DNA from: Candidatus Kapaibacterium sp.
GTDB lineage: Bacteria; Bacteroidota; Ignavibacteria; Kapaibacteriales; UBA2268
Direction: 5' to 3'
Assembly: GCA_963665665.1 (NCBI GenBank)
Contig: OY762428.1
Coordinates: 3,144,323 to 3,208,322, forward strand
DNA: 64,000 nucleotides
The notes beneath the pieces are model-generated. The model was not told the origin of the DNA. It searched no databases and worked only from the letters and a program-made list of their open reading frames with translations. Position 1 is the stretch's first letter. Each line of letters opens with the position of its first letter. The position numbers were made by a program, and so were the translations under genes. Shown piece after piece: positions 56,922-64,000 of the stretch.

Positions 56922-58034
56922 CTATCCTCTTATCCGATTAATAAGCTGTTTCCAGAAATTATACTTTACGCCGAGATTCAATGCAATATGTGTTCTGCCC
57001 ACATTCAACGGGGGAATTCCAAGATTCTCGTGCCCTGTGCTGAATACCAGGTCGTCCTCGAAAGAGTGGTACAGCGAGAAACCAAGGGTGAATTCGAGTG
57101 GTACACGCCCCGCTGGCTGCCCGGCAAAATATCCGAAATCGAATTTAAGGCCTTTCCAGTCGAAACTGCCAAGATCACGGTTGTAAATATTACCCTTGCC
57201 CCAGAAATAGCCGAGCCCTACCCTGAAACCGTCGTGATAATCACCACTGCCGAATATTGGTTTTATAGTGCTGCTGAGCCCCATGGAATTTATATGGCTT
57301 TCCCATTTTTCGCTTATGTTATCCCTTGTACCGGGAAAATAGGACAATGTTGTAATTTTAGGTGCGGAATATTCATACCAGAAGTCAAGCCCGGGCCAGA
57401 ATCCGAGAAGCTTATATGCATTTACGTTAAGCCTCAGGCTAAGCCAGGGATCGTTTTCAACCACGTTATCACCATTCGATATAAACATGTTTTCACTAAC
57501 AACCACCGACATAACAGTAATTTTTTCTTCTTCGGGCGCATTGTATTCTTCCTCGAGTCTTTTCAAGCGTTTATTGCAAAGCCTTTCACTTTCGTTGATC
57601 AGCCTTGCCTGCTCTTCAATGCAATTGTGCTTGATCTGCCAGCATGTATCAATATAATACTTAACGGTATCAGCCAGAAGTTTCCTGTAATAACTTGCCG
57701 GATGTTCCGGCAGGGATATTATCTGTTCTTCAAGTTTTTTTGAAATGAAGTGGTATCGTTTAATATATTTGATATCAAGATCCTCAAGCTGGTCGAAAGT
57801 AGGGGCTGAAAATTTTATTACAGGTTCATAACCAAGAAATACCAGCTGGTTCTTTAATTCCATGGCAGTGTTATAGTAATCCATAATTAACTTTGTAAAA
57901 AGGCCCTCGCTGTCCTCGTAGAGTTCAAGTTCAGAATCAGGCGGGAGTGGCGGAGTTTCTACAACAGGTTCGGCAGCATTTATCAGCCAGGCTGATAAAA
58001 AGCTTGTGATCAATATAAGGATAAGTTTTCTCAT
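56922..58034 (-). CDS. Hypothetical secreted or outer-membrane protein, co-transcribed with the TPR-LRR gene
   Basis: Signal peptide LITSFLSAWLINAAEP; beta-rich C-terminal third; 3-nt gap to the downstream gene. Confidence 0.4.
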   Translation of the reverse strand: MRKLILILITSFLSAWLINAAEPVVETPPLPPDSELELYEDSEGLFTKLIMDYYNTAMELKNQLVFLGYEPVIKFSAPTFDQLEDLDIKYIKRYHFISKKLEEQIISLPEHPASYYRKLLADTVKYYIDTCWQIKHNCIEEQARLINESERLCNKRLKRLEEEYNAPEEEKITVMSVVVSENMFISNGDNVVENDPWLSLRLNVNAYKLLGFWPGLDFWYEYSAPKITTLSYFPGTRDNISEKWESHINSMGLSSTIKPIFGSGDYHDGFRVGLGYFWGKGNIYNRDLGSFDWKGLKFDFGYFAGQPAGRVPLEFTLGFSLYHSFEDDLVFSTGHENLGIPPLNVGRTHIALNLGVKYNFWKQLINRIRG

Positions 58035-58671
58035 TTTATCACCATTAAATTATGAAATTATTAATTTTCAATATCTTAGGGTGTTTTATTGCAACAATTG
58101 TGCCAATAGAAAGCACAATCAGTTATCTGTATTGATACGACCCGGAATACATGTTGGAATAATGAAGAACTGAGAGGTGCGAACTACATTTTGTGAATTC
58201 TGACAGAAAGTTTTATGGAAGAAAATCGAAGAAAAAAAGACAAATATTTCACCTTCGAAAAGCAAAATAGAAATATATGTAACCATTGTGTGGTTGAAAA
58301 ATAAAAAAAATTTGTGCTTATATTAAAAAAATTGCTTTGAATAAATATCTAATAAAAATTTAAGAATTTGCGAAAAATAGTAATAGCCTTGGCGAAAAAT
58401 AAAGATTGTTGTAACATAATATTGATTTATGCTGCTTATGTCTTTGTTAAATAATAAATATAGATAATATTGCCACATTGAAATAGAATTTGCCGGGATA
58501 GAAACATTTGCAGAATATGTGTTAGGCAAGCCTAAATATACCATGATTTTAGGTTAGCAACACTTTGTTTACATAAATTTCAAAAAAATTGCGTTTTCAG
58601 GGTCTCAGTCATATACTTGTACTCGCAAATTGAATTTTCGTAATCCACTCAGAGTTATTCGGAGATAGACA

Positions 58672-59898
58672 ATGTCAACAAAACTTATCAGCCCACACGG
58701 AAGCCCGGAATTAATCGAATTGTTACTTTCCGGCGACGAACTTAAGGCAGAGCAGGAAAAAGCTGCCGGTTTAATGAAAGTAAACGTCACAAGCCGTGAA
58801 GCGGGTGACCTTATCATGCTTGGAATCGGTGGTTTTACACCTCTAACAGGCTTCATGGGTAAGGAAGACTGGAAGAGCGTATGCTCAGATATGAAAATGC
58901 CGAGCAAAGATGGTTTGTTCTGGCCGATCCCGGTTACTCTTTCAGTAACGAAAGAAGAAGCCGACAAAATGAACATTGGTGATGAAATCGCATTGTATTC
59001 AGAAGAATATGGCGAGATCATGGCAACAATGAAAGTTGAAGAAAAATACTCGATCGACAAAGAATTCGAATGTCAGCATGTTTACAAAACAGCTGAAATG
59101 GAACACCCCGGTGTAAAAATGGTTATGGAACAAAAAGAAGTTAACCTGGCCGGCCCGGTTAAAGTTCTTTCCGAAGGCCCGTTCCCGACAGAATTCAAAG
59201 GTATCTATCAGAGGCCGAGCGAATCAAGAGCAGTTTTCGAGAAAAAAGGATGGAAAACAATCGCAGCTCTTCAGCTCAGAAACCCGATGCACCGCAGCCA
59301 CGAATTCCTGGCAAAGATAGCTTTGGAAGTTTCAGACGGCCTTTATATTCACCAGCTGGTTGGTAAACTGAAACCAGGTGATATACCCGCAGACGTCAGG
59401 GTGAACTGTATAAATACCCTTGTTGATTACTATTTCGTAAAAGATTCAGTGCTTACAGGCGGTTATCCTCTGGATATGCGTTATGCAGGCCCGCGCGAAG
59501 GCCTTCTTCACGCTCTCTTCCGCCAGAACTTTGGCTGTACTCACATGATTATTGGCCGCGACCATGCCGGTGTTGGCAACTATTACGGCCCGTTTGACGC
59601 ACAGGATATTTTTGACGAGCTTTGGGAAGGCGCACTTCTTTGCAAGCCATTGAAAATTGACTGGACATTCTGGTGCTACAAATGCGGCGGTATGGCTTCA
59701 ATGAAAACCTGCCCGCACTCAAAAGAAGACAGGCTTCTGCTTTCCGGTACAATGCTGCGTAAAGGCCTTTCGGAAGGTGCAGATATTCCGGCAGAATTCA
59801 GCCGTCCTGAAGTACTCAAGATATTGAGGGAATACTATGGCGGACTGAAAGAAAAAGTTGAAGTGAAACTTCACCGCGGCGCCACAGGCGAAGGCTGA
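58672..59898 (+). CDS. sat: Sulfate adenylyltransferase (ATP sulfurylase), dissimilatory type
   Basis: [13 protein letters not shown] and GRDHAGVG motifs, C-terminal Cys cluster, 408 aa. Confidence 0.85.
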   Translation: MSTKLISPHGSPELIELLLSGDELKAEQEKAAGLMKVNVTSREAGDLIMLGIGGFTPLTGFMGKEDWKSVCSDMKMPSKDGLFWPIPVTLSVTKEEADKMNIGDEIALYSEEYGEIMATMKVEEKYSIDKEFECQHVYKTAEMEHPGVKMVMEQKEVNLAGPVKVLSEGPFPTEFKGIYQRPSESRAVFEKKGWKTIAALQLRNPMHRSHEFLAKIALEVSDGLYIHQLVGKLKPGDIPADVRVNCINTLVDYYFVKDSVLTGGYPLDMRYAGPREGLLHALFRQNFGCTHMIIGRDHAGVGNYYGPFDAQDIFDELWEGALLCKPLKIDWTFWCYKCGGMASMKTCPHSKEDRLLLSGTMLRKGLSEGADIPAEFSRPEVLKILREYYGGLKEKVEVKLHRGATGEG

Positions 59899-59999
59899 TA
59901 GACTTTAGTAGTAAAGTTATAAACAGGAAATTAATTATATCCTGGCTATATAAATAATATTTCAATTAACCTAGTTAAATCACAAACAGGAGAACAAAC

Positions 60000-60437
60000 A
60001 TGCCAAGTTATGTTATCCAGGAAAAATGCGACGGATGTAAAGCGCTTGACAAAACTGCATGCCAGTACATCTGCCCTAATGACCTCATGGTACTTAACAA
60101 AGAAGCAATGAAGGCTTTCAATCTTGAGCCTGAAATGTGCTGGGAATGCTACAACTGCGTAAAAATTTGCCCTCAGCAGGCTATTGAAGTTCGCGGTTAT
60201 GCAGACTTTATGCCCCTCGGTGGCGTAGTAACACCGATGAGAAGCTCCGATTCTATCATGTGGACAATTAAATTCCGTAATGGAACTCTTAAACGCTTCA
60301 AATTCCCGATCCGTACAACACCGGAAGGTTCTGCCGTTCCTAATGGCGGTTGGGATACTTGTAAAGAAGATGATGTATCCAGCCCGTTCCTTTATACAGA
60401 GCCGGATTCACTTCGTACAGAGTTGTTCACGAAATAA
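60000..60437 (+). CDS. aprB: Adenylylsulfate (APS) reductase beta subunit
   Basis: N-terminal CDGCK...C..ICP and CWECYNCVKICP two-[4Fe-4S] ferredoxin motifs plus the AprB-specific tail. Confidence 0.8.
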   Translation: MPSYVIQEKCDGCKALDKTACQYICPNDLMVLNKEAMKAFNLEPEMCWECYNCVKICPQQAIEVRGYADFMPLGGVVTPMRSSDSIMWTIKFRNGTLKRFKFPIRTTPEGSAVPNGGWDTCKEDDVSSPFLYTEPDSLRTELFTK

Positions 60438-60475
60438 TTGATTGTAATTAATTAAATAGATTAGGAGAAATTCAC

Positions 60476-62347
60476 ATGGCTAATTTCGAAACTGTAGAAG
60501 TCACCACTGATTTTCTAATCATTGGTGGTGGTATGTCAGCTTGCGGTGTTGCCGTTGAAGCAGCATACTGGGCAAAGAAACACAACCTTAAGGTTACAAT
60601 GGTTGACAAAGCTGCTGTTGACCGCTCTGGCGCTGTTGCTATGGGCCTCTCAGCTATCAACCAGTACGTTGATCTGAAAAGTGGAAACAACACAATTAAA
60701 GATTATGTAGATTACGTTCGCAATGACCTCATGGGCATTACCCGTGAAGATCTCGTTGCTAATATCGCTCGTCACGTTGACGGTTCGGTTCACCTTTTTG
60801 AAAAATGGGGACTTCCGATCTGGACAGACGAAAATGGCGATTACGTTCATGAAGGCCGCTGGCAGCTCATGATCAATGGCGAATCATATAAAGTTATCGT
60901 TGCTGAAGCAGCTAAAAATGCTCTTGGTATCGAAAACATTTACGAAAGAGTATTTATCGTAGAACCTCTGATGGATGGCGACAAAGTTTCTGGCGCCGTT
61001 GGTTTCAGTGTTCGCGAAAATAAATTCTATGTATTCAAAGCCAAAGCCGTTTATATCGGTGCTGGTGGCGCTGTTCACGTATTCAAACCAAGGTCAACTG
61101 GTGAAGGTCTCGGCCGTGCATGGTATCCGCCGTGGAACTCAGGTTCTTCAGCATACTTCACAATCAAAGCCGGTGCTGAAATGACATGTCAGGAAGTTCG
61201 TTTTATTCCTGTACGTTTCAAAGATGCTTATGGCCCGGTTGGTGCATGGTTCCTTCTCTTCAAATCAAGAGCTATTTCAGCTGTTGGCGGCGAGTACATG
61301 GCCGAAAGAAGAGACGAACTTGAAAAATGGCTTCCCTACGGTAAAGTTAAACCAATGCCTGCTAACTTGCGTAACTGGCTTGGTATGATGGATACTATGG
61401 AAGGTAAGGGTCCGGTTTATATGAAGACTGAAGAAGCTATCCAGAATATTGCAAATGCATACAAAGATGATCCTAAGGGATACAAGAAGAAAATGAAAGA
61501 ACTTGAAGCCGAAGCATGGGAAGACTTCCTTGATATGACTATCTCCCAGGCTCTCCTTTGGGCTTCCACAGATATCTTCCCCGAAAAAGAACCATCAGAA
61601 ATCGCAGCTGCAGAACCATACTTTATCGGTTCTCACTCCGGTGCTTCCGGCGCTTGGGTATCAGGCCCGAAAGACCTTGCTCCTGCAGAATATTTCTGGG
61701 GCTATCCGAACATGACAACAACTAAAGGCCTTTTTGCTGCCGGTGATGCTTCCGGTGCATCAAGCCATAAGTTCTCATCAGGTTCACACGCTGAAGGCCG
61801 TATTGCCGGTAAAGGCGCTATCGAATACATCGTTAAAGAAAATCCGACTCACAACTATGACGATGCTGCTATCACAGCACTGCAGGAAAAAATCCTGAAA
61901 CCTTTGGATATTTACGAACAGTTTGGTAAAGAAACAACTGATCCTAACATCAACCCGAACTATATACGTCCGAAGATGTTTATGTTCCGTCTTCAGAAAA
62001 TTATGGATGAATACGCAGGTGGTGTATCAGCTCAGTTCATGACTAACCAGTTCTTACTTGAAAAAGGCCTCCATCTTCTCAACTTCCTTAAAGAAGATGC
62101 AGAAAAACTCGCTGCTGAAGATATTCACGAACTCATGAGGGTTTGGGAAAATGTTCACAGGATGTGGCAGGCTGAAGCTCACGTTCGCACAATCCTCTTC
62201 CGCGACGAAACTCGCTGGCCGGGTTACTACTACAGAGCAGACAAACCCGAAATTAAAGAAGATTGGGAAAAATTCGTGAACCTGACTTATGATGAAAAAG
62301 AAGACAAATGGAATATGTTCACAAAAGACATCCATCACATCTTCTAA
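60476..62347 (+). CDS. aprA: Adenylylsulfate (APS) reductase alpha subunit (FAD flavoprotein)
   Basis: DFLIIGGGMSACGVAVEAA FAD-binding N-terminus; 623 aa fumarate-reductase-like flavoprotein immediately after aprB. Confidence 0.85.
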   Translation: MANFETVEVTTDFLIIGGGMSACGVAVEAAYWAKKHNLKVTMVDKAAVDRSGAVAMGLSAINQYVDLKSGNNTIKDYVDYVRNDLMGITREDLVANIARHVDGSVHLFEKWGLPIWTDENGDYVHEGRWQLMINGESYKVIVAEAAKNALGIENIYERVFIVEPLMDGDKVSGAVGFSVRENKFYVFKAKAVYIGAGGAVHVFKPRSTGEGLGRAWYPPWNSGSSAYFTIKAGAEMTCQEVRFIPVRFKDAYGPVGAWFLLFKSRAISAVGGEYMAERRDELEKWLPYGKVKPMPANLRNWLGMMDTMEGKGPVYMKTEEAIQNIANAYKDDPKGYKKKMKELEAEAWEDFLDMTISQALLWASTDIFPEKEPSEIAAAEPYFIGSHSGASGAWVSGPKDLAPAEYFWGYPNMTTTKGLFAAGDASGASSHKFSSGSHAEGRIAGKGAIEYIVKENPTHNYDDAAITALQEKILKPLDIYEQFGKETTDPNINPNYIRPKMFMFRLQKIMDEYAGGVSAQFMTNQFLLEKGLHLLNFLKEDAEKLAAEDIHELMRVWENVHRMWQAEAHVRTILFRDETRWPGYYYRADKPEIKEDWEKFVNLTYDEKEDKWNMFTKDIHHIF

Positions 62348-62369
62348 TTCACACGATTAATTTCGGCAA

Positions 62370-62389
62370 TCCCGGGCATTTGCCCGGGA
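62370..62389 (+). terminator. Hairpin terminator after aprA
   Basis: tcccgggc-attt-gcccggga followed by an AT/T-rich tail (weak T-tract). Confidence 0.45.
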
Positions 62390-62444
62390 TGCCGTAATAT
62401 TTTAGCTCTTTGAATAATTTGATTACTTAATACGCGAGGAAATA

Positions 62445-62516
62445 ATACAAAATTCAGTCGCGATAGCCAGGTTAATTGAAATCATAGTAGTGATTAGCCG
62501 CGTCTGAATTTTGTAT
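62445..62516. repeat. 72-nt imperfect palindrome (18-nt arms, 17/18 complementary, 36-nt spacer) between aprA and the downstream genes
   Basis: atacaaaattcagtcgcg ... cgcgtctgaattttgtat. Confidence 0.7.
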
Positions 62517-62642
62517 TTGAACCCCGCAGAAATCCCTATACGAACCAGAAGCTATTTCTTATAAATGATTATGGCATGTTACTTATTTGTTTTAGTGTAA
62601 TGGTTCTTCAAGGGTATCTGTAAATAAACGATAGGAATTGAA

Positions 62643-62912
62643 ATGGAAAAACTTATATGCAAGCATTGCGGCGCCGAACTTAGCAAAGTTCTTATGCCCA
62701 AGGAATCCGACTGGGGGGTTGAATACTTCTTTATTTGTATGAATGATGAATGCTCCTATTTCGTAAGGGGTTGGGACTGGATGATGGAACGTTTCAGCGT
62801 AAAGTCATCCTACAGGTTCAAAATCGATCCTGAAACTGGTGCCTCAGGGCCCATTCCGGTTACATCCCCCGACGATATGAAAAATTGGGTAGTACACAAA
62901 TTTGAAGAATAG
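62643..62912 (+). CDS. Small hypothetical Cys-containing (zinc-ribbon-like) protein
   Basis: CKHCGAEL...CMNDEC; RBS-like aggaattgaaATG. Confidence 0.4.
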   Translation: MEKLICKHCGAELSKVLMPKESDWGVEYFFICMNDECSYFVRGWDWMMERFSVKSSYRFKIDPETGASGPIPVTSPDDMKNWVVHKFEE

Positions 62913-62917
62913 GAGTA

Positions 62918-63742
62918 ATGATGAAAAAACAATATGATATGAATGCAAAGAAGGCTTTACAGGAAAAAATTCTTGAAGATTTTCCCAGAATGAAAAAAAC
63001 TGACAAGTTTCGGTTTGCCTGCAATCCTTCTGTTGAATGCTTTAATAAATGCTGTAATGATGTTAATATTTTTCTTACCCCTTATGATATTATCAGGCTT
63101 AAAAACAGGCTTGGTATATCATCAACTGAATTTTTAAGAAAATATACTCTTCTTCCGCTTGATGAAAATCTTCAGCATCCGGTGGTTATGTTCAGAATGC
63201 AGGACGACACACTGAATTGCCATTTTGTTTCGGACAAAGGCTGCACAGTGTATGAAGACAGGCCCTGGGCCTGCCGTATGTTCCCCGTTGGTATTGCATC
63301 GCCGAAGGATGGTAATGAAGATCTGGACGAGGAATTCTATTTTCTGCTGAAGGAAGATGTCTGCCAGGGATTCGACCAGGGGAAAGAATGGACTATTGAA
63401 GAATGGATGAATGACCAGCAGGTTGAGGATTATATAGAAATCGGCGACCTTTTTAAAGAAATATCATTACACGAGAGGTTCAGGAGCAAACGCCCCATGG
63501 AACCCGTTAAACTGGAAATGTTCTACACCGTCTGCTACGATATTGATAAGTTCAGGGATTTGGTATTTAACAGCACGTTTTTTAAGAGATTCAAAGTTAG
63601 CGGCGAGATGAAAGATAAGATGATGAACGACGACGTGGAACTGCTCAGGTACGGTTTTAAATTCCTCAGGTTCAGCCTTTTTGGCGAAAAAACGCTTGAC
63701 CTGCAGGATGAGTACCAAAAGAAAGTGATGAACGAGAAATAA
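62918..63742 (+). CDS. YkgJ/UPF0153-like putative Fe-S or Zn-chelating protein (CxnCxxxCC motif)
   Basis: FACNPSVECFNKCCNDVN...LNCHF...GCTVYEDRPWACRMFP. Confidence 0.45.
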   Translation: MMKKQYDMNAKKALQEKILEDFPRMKKTDKFRFACNPSVECFNKCCNDVNIFLTPYDIIRLKNRLGISSTEFLRKYTLLPLDENLQHPVVMFRMQDDTLNCHFVSDKGCTVYEDRPWACRMFPVGIASPKDGNEDLDEEFYFLLKEDVCQGFDQGKEWTIEEWMNDQQVEDYIEIGDLFKEISLHERFRSKRPMEPVKLEMFYTVCYDIDKFRDLVFNSTFFKRFKVSGEMKDKMMNDDVELLRYGFKFLRFSLFGEKTLDLQDEYQKKVMNEK

Positions 63743-63774
63743 AAACCTTTATAAATTTTTAAAGGGACAATAAA

Positions 63775-64000
63775 TTGAGCGAAAGAAAAAACGTCGGAAC
63801 AGACCTTGAATTTATCAGGTATCTGAAGGAACATGGCGGCGAAACAATGAAAAAGTGCTATCAATGCGCTACTTGTTCCGTTGTATGTGAACTTTCACCA
63901 AAAGAATACGCTTTTCCGAGAAAAGAAATGATCCAGGCTGCCTGGGGACAAAAGGAAAAACTAATTTCCGACCCGGACATCTGGCTATGCCATGGCTGTA
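63775..64000 (+). CDS. HdrC/QmoC-like 4Fe-4S cluster-binding protein, 5' part only (TTG start; runs off the window end)
   Basis: MSERKNVGTDLEFIRYLKEHGGETMKKCYQCATCSVVCELSP has a CxxCxxCxxxC(P) ferredoxin-like motif; RBS aaaggga. Confidence 0.4.
   Translation, partial: MSERKNVGTDLEFIRYLKEHGGETMKKCYQCATCSVVCELSPKEYAFPRKEMIQAAWGQKEKLISDPDIWLCHGC

Noticed and set aside
56988-57743. 251-aa plus-strand ORF opposite the 370-aa minus-strand gene
   Set aside because: The minus-strand ORF is longer, begins with a clear signal peptide, and is operon-linked to the TPR-LRR gene. The plus ORF has no start context or motifs.
1-64000. Search for integrases, transposases/IS elements, rRNA, tmRNA or RNase P RNA signatures
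   Set aside because: None was recognised. No DDE or tyrosine-recombinase motifs appear in any ORF, and there are no conserved RNA boxes; the only RNA gene found is tRNA-Leu(UAA).

Overview
AT-rich (roughly 38-40% GC) chromosomal window, most likely from an FCB-group bacterium (Bacteroidota/Ignavibacteriota-like). The placement rests on inference: five proteins end in type-A T9SS C-terminal sorting domains, there is a BlaR1 (M56)-TonB fusion and a CarboxypepD_reg TonB-dependent receptor, and intergenic regions are AT-rich with T-tract hairpin terminators. Housekeeping genes recognised with good confidence: murQ, a sirtuin, fumC, ilvE, nuoA-nuoB, tRNA-Leu(UAA), and a dissimilatory sulfur cluster sat-aprB-aprA followed by small Cys-rich proteins and a partial HdrC-like gene. 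Accessory content, by position: (i) 4.7-7.3 kb holds two paralogous glycine-rich peptide precursors with double-glycine (bacteriocin-type) leaders flanking a small lipoprotein, next to a divergently transcribed unknown 335-aa protein. This is the most likely candidate for an undescribed system (class IIb-microcin-like or RiPP-like, in a non-proteobacterial host). (ii) 11.4-15.4 kb is a phage-like regulatory islet with an XRE HTH gene, a Mor-family activator and three S24 (LexA/UmuD-like) peptidase genes. One of these has Asp in place of the nucleophilic Ser. There is no umuC, integrase or structural gene. (iii) 38.8-41.9 kb encodes a lipoprotein with a Tyr/Trp/His/Pro-rich block plus a ~330-aa Ser/Arg/Lys-rich disordered tail, coupled to a FadL-like outer-membrane barrel. 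(iv) Smaller items: hairpin-repeat elements after fumC, a G10 homopolymer inside a possible terminator-bounded sRNA, a 72-nt palindrome after aprA, and a BlaI operator-like palindrome. No rRNA, CRISPR array, transposase or integrase was found. All calls come from reading motifs in the supplied translations and DNA; no database searches were run.
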